The notes beneath the pieces were generated by a model. The model ran no database searches and was not told where the DNA came from. It saw only the letters and a program-made list of their open reading frames with translations. This document shows positions 51,291 through 59,957 of a stretch of 64,000 nucleotides of DNA, in pieces (the first letter of the stretch is position 1; every line of letters starts with the position of its first letter). Source of the stretch: an uncultured Actinomycetota bacterium (GTDB lineage Bacteria; Actinomycetota; Actinomycetes; Streptosporangiales; Streptosporangiaceae); the NCBI GenBank assembly GCA_963795055.1, contig CAWCGJ010000026.1:38074-102073 (forward strand), given 5' to 3'. A program made the translations under genes and the position numbers.

Positions 51291-52091
51291 ATGACGACCG
51301 ACGGGGCGAAGGGACTTATCGGCTCCCTTCTCCACGGGCTTGAGATCCTCGACATGTTCGAGCGCGACAGGTCCGAGATCGGCATCGGGCAGATGGCGCA
51401 GCAGCTGGGCCTGCACCGGTCCACGACCTCCCGACTCGCAGCCACCCTGGCCGTGGCCGGGTACCTCGAGCCGACCGGGGAGCCCGGGCGGTACCGCCTG
51501 TCTGGCAAGCTCGTGACGCTCGGCGAGCTGGTCGTCTCCGAAGGAGATGTACGCCGGGCCGCCCAGCCGTACCTGCGCGACCTCGTCCGCAGCCTGGGCG
51601 AGACGGGGCACCTGGCCGTCCTGGAGGATGCCGAGGCGGTCACCGTCGAGGTCGTCGACGGGTGGCAGACCGTCCGGATGCACTCCTGGGTAGGCAAGCG
51701 CTCGCCGGCGCACTGCAGTTCGATGGGCAAGGCGCTGCTGGCCGGCCTAGGCGCCGACGAGATCGACGCGCGCTATCCCGGCGCCCGTCTGGAGGCCAGG
51801 ACCGGCCGGACGATCACCGACCGGGACGAGCTCAAGCGCCATCTCGCCCAGGCGCGCGAGCGCGGGTACGCGGTGGACCGCGAAGAGCTCGAGCCGCACT
51901 TGTGCTGCGTGGCCGGGCCGGTCTTCGATCGGACCGGGGCGGTCGTGGCGAGCATCAGCGTCTCCGGGCCGGATTCACGGCTCGACGACGAGAACATCCC
52001 CGCGATCGCCGAGGCCGTGCGCCACGCCGCCTGGCAGATCAGCGCCCGGCTCGGCGCGCCCCGCGAGATACCGGGCTGGAGTACGCCATGA
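51291..52091 (+). CDS. IclR family transcriptional regulator
   Basis: 266 aa from ATG 51291. It has a wHTH (IGIGQMAQQLGLHRSTTSRLAATLAVAGYL) and an IclR effector domain (…HCSSMGKALLA…YAVDREELEPHLCCVAGPVFD…). Confidence 0.9.
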   Translation: MTTDGAKGLIGSLLHGLEILDMFERDRSEIGIGQMAQQLGLHRSTTSRLAATLAVAGYLEPTGEPGRYRLSGKLVTLGELVVSEGDVRRAAQPYLRDLVRSLGETGHLAVLEDAEAVTVEVVDGWQTVRMHSWVGKRSPAHCSSMGKALLAGLGADEIDARYPGARLEARTGRTITDRDELKRHLAQARERGYAVDREELEPHLCCVAGPVFDRTGAVVASISVSGPDSRLDDENIPAIAEAVRHAAWQISARLGAPREIPGWSTP

Positions 52092-52110
52092 GCGCCCGCT
52101 CAGAACTCAT

Positions 52111-53978
52111 CTGTGTTCTGAAATGGCGGTTCCAGAGGCTGTCGCAAAATCGGTTTCTGACCGGTCGGCGTGCCGTCTGGCCTGGTAAGCAGCGGTTTGC
52201 AATGATTTGATCATGGCGAAACGGTTCCGTCCGGTGCACCGGGATCAGCCGTTCCTGCTGCCGCCGGATATGCGGGAGTGGCTGCCGGCTGGTCACCTGG
52301 CGTGGTTCGTGATCGATGCGGTGGACGTGCTGGACATCTCGCGGTTCGCGGCCCGCCAGACGCCGCGCGGGTCGGTGGCGGGCCGGGCGGCATATGACCC
52401 TCGGGTGCTGCTGGGGCTGCTGGCGTACGGGTACGCGGTGGGGGTGCGGTCGTCGCGGCGGATCGAGCGGGCGTGCCGCGAGGATGTGGCGTTCCGGGTG
52501 ATCTGCGCGCAGGATGTCCCCGATCATGCGACGACCGCGCGGTTCCGGCGGGAGCATTTCGCGGACCCGGCGGCGATGGGGCAGCTGTTCGGCGAGGTGC
52601 TGGTGCTGGCGGCGCGGGCCTGCGGGCAAGCTGGGGCAGATCGCGGTGGACGGGACGAAGATCGCCGCCAGCGCGTCGAAGGACGCCAACCGCACCGAGG
52701 CGGGGCTGCGGGAGCTGGCCCGGCAGATCCTGGCCGAGGCGGAGGCGGTGGATGCGGCCGAGGATGCGCTGTTCGGGGAGGCCCGCGGGGATGAGCTGCC
52801 GGACGAGCTGGCTGATCCGGTGACCCGCAGGGAGCGGATCCGCAAGGCGCTGGCCGGGCTGGAAGCCGAGCGCGCGGCTGCACAGCAGAAGCGGGACCAG
52901 CAGGCCAGCGCCTATCTGGAGCGGCATGAGGCCGGCCGTGGCGGCCGGGCGCCCCGGCAGGCGCGGGTCGCGGCTGCACAGGCGAAGCTGGACCGTGAGA
53001 TCGCCCGCTACCAGGCCAAGACCGCGGCCCGGCAGGCTCGCGCGAAGGCGGCCCGCCAGGCCGGGCGCCGGGTGCCCGCTGGCAAGCCGCCGGTGCCGGT
53101 CAGCGAGTACTGCCGGGTCAAGGCCGCCGCCGCCAGGCTGGCCAGCGCCAAGGCCAGCGCCGCCCAGCCCGTGCCGGGGGCCGCCGCGGAGGGCGAAGAC
53201 CGCGGCCCGGTACGCAACATCACCGACCCCGATTCGCGGCTGATGCCGGTGCGCGGCGGCGGGTTCATCCAGGGCCTGAACGCCCAGGCGGTCTTCAGCA
53301 CCGACGGGCTGTGCCTGGCCGCCAGAGTCACCCAGGACACCACCGACTACGCCAGCTTCGAGCCCATGATGCGCGAGGCCCAGGCCACGCAGGACCTGCT
53401 GCGCGCTCACGCGCGCGGACCGCTGCACCGGCTGCGCGCCAAGATCGGCGTCATGCTCGCCGACGCCGGGTACTGCTCGGAACCCAACTTGACCTGCCCC
53501 GGCCCGGACCGCCTGATCGCCGTCGGCAAGCGCCGCGACCTCGAGCACGCCACCAGCGACCACCCTGCCGCGGCCGCGGGGGGCCGCGGCGGCCAGGCGG
53601 CCGCGGCCATGGCTGCCCGGCTGGCCACTCCCCAGGGCCTGGTCACCTACCGGCGCCGCGGCCCGCTCGCCGAAGGCCCGTTCGGCAACACCAAGCACAA
53701 CCGCGGCTTCCGCCGGTTCTCCCTGCGCGGGCTGCCCCGCGCCGAGGGGGAATGGGCTTTCCAGAACGCGGCCGGCAACCTCCTGAAGATCCACGCCACC
53801 GGGTGGCAGCCAGCGGCGGCGCCCTAAACCGCCACCACTCGCCCCAGACCCCGGGTAATCGCCGGCCCGGGCCATCCAGACCCCCCGACCAAACCCGGCA
53901 CCGCTGACCGCTGACCGCAACAGCCCAGGCATCAGACAATTCCGCGACAGCCCCTCCAACAACCACTAGAGAACACAG
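52111..53978 (+). mobile_element. IS1182-family (IS5 superfamily) insertion sequence, about 1.87 kb
   Basis: Imperfect terminal inverted repeats of about 45-50 bp: 52111 CTGTGTTCTGAAATGGCGGTTCCAGAGGCTGTCGCAAAATCGG versus the reverse complement of 53978 CTGTGTTCTCTAGTGGTTGTTGGAGGGGCTGTCGCGGAATTG (about 33/49 ungapped matches). They enclose an IS1182-like transposase. I see no clear target-site duplication. Confidence 0.8.
52213..53827 (+). pseudogene. IS1182-family transposase with a +1 frame break near 52615-52630
   Basis: The N-terminus (FRPVHRDQPFLLPPDMREWLPAGHLAWFVIDAVDVLDIS...YDPRVLLGLLAYGYAVGVRSSRRIE) is in one frame. The remainder (KLGQIAVDGTKIAASASKDANRT ... DPDSRLMPVRGGGFIQGLNAQ ... 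MLADAGYCSE ... GNTKHNRGFRRFSLRG) is in the next frame. Family members normally have a single ORF. Confidence 0.8.
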
Positions 53979-54027
53979 AACCCACTCAGGGGGCGTCTGC
54001 GGCATGCTGCACCGGCCGTGCACAATC

Positions 54028-54079
54028 TGCGTGCGCCCCGGGGGAATCGAACCGCCCGTCTCCCGGATAAAGGGTCCGG
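54028..54079. repeat. 52-nt direct repeat, copy 1 (covers the 3' 48 nt of the tRNA-like sequence plus 4 nt)
   Basis: TGCGTGCGCCCCGGGGGAATCGAACCGCCCGTCTCCCGGATAAAGGGTCCGG is identical at 54135-54186. Confidence 0.9.
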
Positions 54080-54104
54080 GGCTCTGCCATTGAGCGAGGG
54101 GCGC
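54032..54104 (-). tRNA. tRNA-like sequence, probably a pseudo-tRNA (reads as Lys-CUU if folded canonically)
   Basis: The 73-nt minus-strand sequence is GCGCCCC-TC-GCTC-AATGGCA-GAGC-C-CCGGA-CCCTTTA-TCCGG-GAGACG-GGCGG-TTCGATT-CCCCC-GGGGCGC-A. It has a perfect 7-bp acceptor stem, a perfect D stem, a perfect anticodon stem, and a GGTTCGATTCC T-loop. It is aberrant in three ways: position 33 of the anticodon loop is C rather than U, the T stem has a C:C mismatch, and the variable loop is 6 nt. Confidence 0.5.
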
Positions 54105-54134
54105 CAGCGAGTGTTCAGTTGTTCGGTTGTGCCG

Positions 54135-54186
54135 TGCGTGCGCCCCGGGGGAATCGAACCGCCCGTCTCCCGGATAAAGGGTCCGG
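54135..54186. repeat. 52-nt direct repeat, copy 2 (tRNA 3'-half copy only)
   Basis: Identical to 54028-54079. It lacks the D-arm and 5' acceptor half, and it directly abuts the truncated FUSC reading frame. Confidence 0.9.
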
Positions 54187-54188
54187 TC

Positions 54189-54944
54189 TGTGTCGCGGCC
54201 TATTGCGCGGGCACGGCTCGGTTCGCGGCCGGGCAGGCGGCGTTCACGGTGCTCGTCGCGGTCCTGTTCAACCTCATCGTCCCGGCCGGCTGGCACGTCG
54301 GGGTGGTACGGATCGAGGACGTGGCCCTGGGCTGCGCGGTGAGCGTGGTGGTCGGTGCGCTGTGGCCTCGCGGTGCCGTGGGGGTGGTGAGCGACGACCT
54401 CGCCGAGGCGTTCCGAGAGGGCGGCGCCTACCTCTCGGAGTCGATGGGCTGGATCCTGGGCCACTCGCCCGGGCGTCCCGGGCACGGGCTCGCGACAGTG
54501 TCCGCGAGCATCCGCCTGGGCGATGCCCTCCGGAGCCTGCTCGCCGAGCAGGGCACGAGGCACATCCGGAAGGAGCACTTGTGGAAACTGGTCGGCGCCG
54601 CCATGCGCCTGCGGCTCACCGCGCACGCTCTGGCCCGGGCCCAGCCCGCCGCGCCCGGCTTCGAGGAGGCCAGGGACGCGCTGGCCGGATGGACCGCCGG
54701 CCTGGTTTCCTGGTACGACCGGCTGGCACTCAATCTCGCCGGGGAGCAGGCCGACGATCACGCCGCCCTCGAACGGGCGCTCCCCTCGGTTTCCGGCTTG
54801 TTTGATCCGGCGTCAGCCGGTCCGATCCCCGTCCAGGCGATGTGGCTCGGGCAGTACCTGCGCGACCTGCGCCATCATCTGGCCGACACGATCGGCCCGG
54901 CGCTGGAACTGTCAGCCCTGCGCCAGCAGCCCTGGTGGCGCTGA
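54189..54944 (+). pseudogene. 5'-truncated FUSC (fusaric-acid-resistance / aromatic acid exporter) family gene, C-terminal ~250 codons only
   Basis: …AAGQAAFTVLVAVLFNLIVPAGWHVGVVRIEDVALGCAVSVVVGALWPRGA… followed by the helical cytoplasmic C-terminal domain. There is no N-terminal TM half or start context. The frame upstream is encoded by the tRNA-like repeats. Confidence 0.6.
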
Positions 54945-55715
54945 CCGCGACGGGACCCGGCGCAGCGTGATGCCGAAGTGGTCACGGTAGGCGGCGAGCA
55001 GGGCATCGTCGCCGTCCAGCTGCCGCTCGGTGCGAGTCGCGCCGCTGGTCTGGATGAGCGTGCGACCGCTGATGGAGACCCGGCCGTCCTCGGTGCGCCG
55101 CGAGCAGATGGTGCCGGCGGTGAAGTGGGACTGCGGGGAGGTCTGCTGCCACCAGCAGGTGGGTACGAAGTCGTCCAGTGATCGTTCCCGCGTCTCGATC
55201 CGGTACTGCGGGCGGCCGTCCCGCAGCACGTCCACGTCCCCGCCCGGCGCGTCGGCGAGCAGGAACTCGCCGGCCGGATCGTCCTGGCCGTCGCGGCGGT
55301 CCAGCCGCAGCGGGTAGTCGCTGTGGCTGCCGAAGCCCACGTCGGCCAGCCACGGGCCGCTGCCGTCGGCCGGGCGCACGACCAGCGCCAGGTGGTCGAA
55401 CGGCGGGCTGAGCCCGGCGTCGCCGTACACGCGCGCGGCCACCCGGGTCACGCTGGCGCCGAGCGCCTCCAGCAGCAGCGCGAACAAGCCGTTGAGCTCG
55501 TAACAGAAGCCGCCGCGGCGCCGCCGCACGATCTTGTCGACCAGGTCGTTCTCTTCCAGCGAGATCGCCTCGGACAGATGGATGCTCAGGTTCTCGAACG
55601 GCACCGCGATCTGGTGCGCCCGGTGCAGCCGCCGGACCGTCGCCGCGTCCGCGGTCACCGGCGGCGCCACCGCGATGCGCCGCAGGTAGGCTGCGGCGGT
55701 TTCCTCGTCCACCAT
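54912..55715 (-). CDS. arylamine N-acetyltransferase
   Basis: 267 aa from ATG 55715 (MVDEETAAAYLRRIAV...). It has VPFENLSIHL, the catalytic Cys motif RRRGGFCYELNGLF, and HLALVV. Confidence 0.85.
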   Translation of the reverse strand: MVDEETAAAYLRRIAVAPPVTADAATVRRLHRAHQIAVPFENLSIHLSEAISLEENDLVDKIVRRRRGGFCYELNGLFALLLEALGASVTRVAARVYGDAGLSPPFDHLALVVRPADGSGPWLADVGFGSHSDYPLRLDRRDGQDDPAGEFLLADAPGGDVDVLRDGRPQYRIETRERSLDDFVPTCWWQQTSPQSHFTAGTICSRRTEDGRVSISGRTLIQTSGATRTERQLDGDDALLAAYRDHFGITLRRVPSRSAPPGLLAQG

Positions 55716-55722
55716 GATCCTC

Positions 55723-57900
55723 CTAGAACGGCGCCGCGCCGCGGGAGGCGGCCTCGAGCGGCAGCGAGCTGTCGTCACCAGGGGCCGGCACCTGGCCGGT
55801 GACCCGGGTGCCCCGGCCCGGAGCCGAGGTGATCTCGATGGTGCCGCCGAGCGCCGCGAGCCGGTCCGCGATGCCCTGCAGCCCGGTGCCCATCGCCGTG
55901 GTGGCCGGGTCGAAGCCGGTGCCGTCGTCCTCGACGGTGAAGACCACGGATGGGCCGTCCTGGTCCAGTGTCACCCGGGCCTGCGACGCATGGGCGTACT
56001 TGGCGACGTTCTGCAACGCCTCGAGGACGGAAAAGTACAGCGCCGCCTCGGTCGGCTGCGGGTACCGCCCGACCGCGGGCGCCTCGACCGTGACCGGGAG
56101 GGCGGCCTTGCGCGCCTGGGCCTCGAGCGCGGCGCGCAGGCCGAGGTCGGCCAGCAGCGGCGGGTAGATCCCGCGGGCCAGGTCGCGCAGGTCTTCCAGC
56201 GCCCGGGACGCCGCCTGCTCGGTCTGCTCCAGCAGTTCCCCGGCCTCCTCGGGGGCGGTCTGTACCGCGTTCCTGGCCAGCCCCAGGCTGATCCGCAGCG
56301 CGACCAGCTGCTGTTGCGCGCCGTCGTGCAGGTCCCGCTCGATCCGCCGCCGGGCCTGGTCGGCGGCGGCCACGATCCGCTGGCGGGACGCCCGCAGGTC
56401 CTCGATCAGCGCGACGTTGCGCAGCACCAGGCCCGCCTGGGCGGCCACGTCCCGGGCCAGCCGCTCGCCGGCCGGGGTCAGCGGCTCCCGGGGCCCCGAG
56501 GTGACCCGCAGCCAGCCCAGGCGCTCGCCGTGATGCTCGACGGCGAACTCGCGGGTCCAGCCGTCCCGCCCGGGCGGGCCGCCGCCATGGGGGACGGCCG
56601 GCTCCGGCGGTCCGTTCGGGCTCGCCGCCGGCCACGCCGCTTCCCGCCGGGCCTCGCCGCCCACCTGCATCCATACCTCGGCCCGCTGCGCGCCCGTCGC
56701 CCCGGCCAGCATCCGCGCCATCGCGGGCAGTACCTGGTCGGTCGAGTACGTCCCGGCCACCCGCCCGGCGAACTCCGACAGCACCTCGTACGGGGTGGCC
56801 CGGCGGCCGTAGACCAGCCGGTCCGCGAGGCCGGCCCGGGCCCGCAGCGGCTGCAGCAGCACGGCCGCCAGCGCGGCGGCGGCGAAGGTCAGGGCGCTGC
56901 TGCCCGGGTGTCCGGCGGCGGCGCCCACGCCCAGCACGATCAGCGCGTAGATCGCGGTGAACGCCGCGGCCACCAGCGCGGCCACCACCGTCTTGCGGAC
57001 CACGATGTCCAGGTCGTAGAGGTGGTACCGGAGCACGGCGACCGCGCACGCCGCCGGGATCCCGAGCAACGGGACGCCGAACAGCAAAACGAACAACAAC
57101 GTGCCCAGCGGGGTGTTACCGCCGTGCGTGACCGCGATGTACGTGATAGCCACTACGGCCGCGATGAGGAACAATGCTCCGACGTAACCCAGCCAGGCCA
57201 GCTGCTGGCGCAGCTCGGCGGGCGCGCCGCGCCGCCGCACGAACACCGAGACGACGGCTAGCAACGCGCACGCCCCGGCCATGGCTGCGGTCACCGCGAG
57301 AAGCTGGTCGTACCAGCCATACCGCGGGAACACGCCCAGCGGGTTCGGGTACGCCACATGCGCGGTCTGCAGCGCGTTGGTGAGGCCGCCGGACACGACC
57401 GTCCCACGCTGCAGCGTCTGCGCGGCCCCGCCGACCACGATGACCCAGATGGCGGCCCACAGCACCGGCCGCCACCGCTTGGACGGAAGCCGCCCGGTCG
57501 GGAACAGCAGCACGACCAGGATCAGCGTGGCGAAGATGAGGTTGTTGGCGGCCTGGCCGAGCGCGGCCACCGGGCGGACAGCCGGCAGCGACCCCGGCGC
57601 CGCGGCCAGGCCGCGTAGCCCGTACTGCTCCAGGAACATGTTCGCCGCCAGCCAGAACCCGGTCAGGCCTAGCAGCCAGCCGATGGCGTTGCGCGGCACC
57701 CGCGCGGCCAGCAACCCGCCGATGCCCGCGTAGACCAGGCACCCCGCGCCGGCGAACGCGTAGGAGCCGACCCGCGACGCGGTCATCACCCTAGTGTCGA
57801 GCCCGAGCAGCACCATCGCCGCCACGAGGACCAGCGCGGTGAAGCCGGCGAACGACCAGGCCACGACGCGTATCCGGGGCTGGTCGGCCAAGAACGTCAT
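55723..57900 (-). CDS. sensor histidine kinase (polytopic N-terminus, GAF-like region, HisKA_3, HATPase_c); no adjacent response regulator
   Basis: About 725 aa from ATG 57900. It has at least 8 TM helices, the H-box IERDLHDGAQQQLVALRISL, and the ATPase motifs DDGTGFD and GTGLQGIADRL. Confidence 0.85.
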   Translation of the reverse strand: MTFLADQPRIRVVAWSFAGFTALVLVAAMVLLGLDTRVMTASRVGSYAFAGAGCLVYAGIGGLLAARVPRNAIGWLLGLTGFWLAANMFLEQYGLRGLAAAPGSLPAVRPVAALGQAANNLIFATLILVVLLFPTGRLPSKRWRPVLWAAIWVIVVGGAAQTLQRGTVVSGGLTNALQTAHVAYPNPLGVFPRYGWYDQLLAVTAAMAGACALLAVVSVFVRRRGAPAELRQQLAWLGYVGALFLIAAVVAITYIAVTHGGNTPLGTLLFVLLFGVPLLGIPAACAVAVLRYHLYDLDIVVRKTVVAALVAAAFTAIYALIVLGVGAAAGHPGSSALTFAAAALAAVLLQPLRARAGLADRLVYGRRATPYEVLSEFAGRVAGTYSTDQVLPAMARMLAGATGAQRAEVWMQVGGEARREAAWPAASPNGPPEPAVPHGGGPPGRDGWTREFAVEHHGERLGWLRVTSGPREPLTPAGERLARDVAAQAGLVLRNVALIEDLRASRQRIVAAADQARRRIERDLHDGAQQQLVALRISLGLARNAVQTAPEEAGELLEQTEQAASRALEDLRDLARGIYPPLLADLGLRAALEAQARKAALPVTVEAPAVGRYPQPTEAALYFSVLEALQNVAKYAHASQARVTLDQDGPSVVFTVEDDGTGFDPATTAMGTGLQGIADRLAALGGTIEITSAPGRGTRVTGQVPAPGDDSSLPLEAASRGAAPF

Positions 57901-57984
57901 GCACCCGATTCTGGCCCGTGCCGGCCAGCCGAGACAGGGCGCAGGCCACACCCTGCCGTTCGTGCCAGCCCCATGACCGGCCGG

Positions 57985-59863
57985 TCAGATGGAGAAGGCG
58001 AAGCCGCGCTCCTCCGATTCCAGCGAGATCAGCAACGACACCGCCTCGATGAGGGCCAGGTGGGTGAACGCCTGGGGGAAGTTCCCGAGGTGCTGACCCG
58101 TGGCGGTGTCGATCTCCTCGGCGTAGAGCAGCAGCGGCCCGGCGAACGACAGCAGTTTCTGGCACAGGGCATGAGCACGCTCGGTCTCGCCGATCAGGGC
58201 GAGCGCGGTCACCAGCCAGAACGAGCAGATGGTGAACGTGCCCTCCTCGCCCTCGAACCCGGTGTCGGTTTCGGAGACCCGGTAGCGCAGGACAAGGTCG
58301 TCCCTGGTCAGCTCGTTGGCGATGGCCAGCACGGTGGCCTTGACGCGCTCGTCGTCGGGGGGCAGGAACCCGACGATCGGCAGGAGCAGCAGGGACGCGT
58401 CGAGTTCCTCGTTGTCGTAGTGCTGCCGGAACACGCCCCGGCCGGAAACGCCCTTGTCCAGCACCTCGGCCTTGATCTCGTCGGCTCCGGCCTGCCACCG
58501 CCGGGCGCGGTCGTCGTCCCCCCGCTGGCGGGCGAGATCGGCGCCCCGCTCGGCCGCCACCCAGCACATCACCTTGGACGCGGTGAAGTGCCTCGGGTCG
58601 CCGCGGACCTCCCAGATGCCCTGATCGGGCTCGCGCCAGCGGTCCAGGGCGGTCTCCACGAATCCGGCCAGGCCCTCCCACACCGGCGTCACGATCTGAC
58701 TGGCTTCCCGGCGGAACTGGACGTCCAGGGCGTCCAGGATCATGCCCCACACGTCGTGCTGGCGCTGGTTCCAGGCCCCGTTGCCGACCCGGACCGGGCG
58801 CGCTCCCCGGTACCCGGACAGGTGGTCAAGGGTCCGCTCGGTCAGGTCCCGTTCCCCGCCGATGCCGTACATGATCTGCAGCTCGGGCGGCCGGTTGAGA
58901 TCACCGCCGCTGACGGCGTCGAGGATGAAGGCGAAGTACTCGACGGCCTCCCAGTCGAAGCCCAGCCGGTACAGCGAGCGGAGCATGAACGACGAGTCCC
59001 TGATCCAGGTGTACCGGTAGTCCCAGTTGCGTGCCCCGCCCGGGGTTTCCGGCAGGGAGGTCGTCGCCGCCGCCATGATGGCGCCCGTGGGGGCGTAGCT
59101 GAGCCCCTTCAGCGTGAGGGCGCTGCGGTCGATGTAGATCCGCCACGGATGGTCGGGGACCTTGGCCGTGCTCAGCCAGTCGCGCCAGAAGCCGATCGTG
59201 CGGTGCAGGACGCCGAAGGCCTCCTCGTGAGTGGCCGGAATGCTGGGTTCTCCCCAGGAGAGGCTGACGAAGGCCGCCTCTCCCTCGGAGATCGTCGTGC
59301 GGCCGTAACAACGAGGGCCTAGCACGCCCAGCTGGATATTGCCGGCTGAGATGAAGCTGCGGGTCCCCTTCGTGCGGTACGACGCTCATCGCCTCGTATC
59401 CGTCGCCCCGGTAGCTCCAGTTGCCGCCGGTGGTCCCGTAGTTGAAGCGCGGGACGCAGTTCACGATCACCTCGACCCGGCCGCCGATGCAGGTCGCGAG
59501 CCGCAGCAGAACGCCGACGGCGCCGGCATCGGCCGGGGCCCGGTGGTAGTCGGCCCGCCGCTTGTCGCGCTGGGCCGGGCCCATGACCAGCAGGTCGTGA
59601 ACGGTCAGCCATCCGGTCGGGGTCTGCCAGGTCGTCTCCAGGACCATCGTCCCCGGGACGTACCTGCGGTTCTGCGGTACCCGGGCGTTGGCGGGACCGA
59701 ACCGGAAGGAGCCGGCGGTCCGGTCGAGCAGCGCGCCGAAGACGCTCGGGGAGTCGGGCCGTGGCAGGCACAGCCATTCGACCGCGCCGTCGGGCGCGAT
59801 CAGGCAACTCTGCTCACAGTTGGACAGAAACGCGTAGTCGCCAATGGGCGGGAACGTGTTCAC
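57985..59863 (-). pseudogene. glycoside hydrolase family 15 (glucoamylase/trehalase-like) with a single frameshift near 59330-59360
   Basis: The N-terminal domain is in ORF 58901-59863 ([41 protein letters not shown]...). The catalytic (alpha/alpha)6 domain is in ORF 57985-59325 (…NWDYRYTWIRDSSFMLRSL…). The frames join around …GDPQLHL / SAGNIQLGVLGPRCYGRTTISEGE. The 1879-nt length is 3n+1. Confidence 0.8.
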
Positions 59864-59957
59864 CGGCCATACCCCCGTCCTCCAGGCGCGGCCCGGCGGC
59901 CGCGACCGGGGCGACCATGCGAGCCGATGCGTCGCCCCTCTCCCCCATCATGGGCTG

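Noticed and set aside
52211-53962. 583-aa minus-strand ORF across the IS element
   Set aside because: It is antisense to the IS1182 transposase frames. Its composition is Pro/Gly/Arg-dominated, and it has no start context.
54032-54104. Calling the tRNA-like sequence a functional tRNA-Lys(CUU)
   Set aside because: It has C instead of U at position 33, a pyrimidine at 37, a C:C mismatch in the T stem and a 6-nt variable loop. Its context (IS, duplicated 3' half, truncated gene) fits a scar better than a working gene. It is kept as a tRNA-like feature at low confidence.
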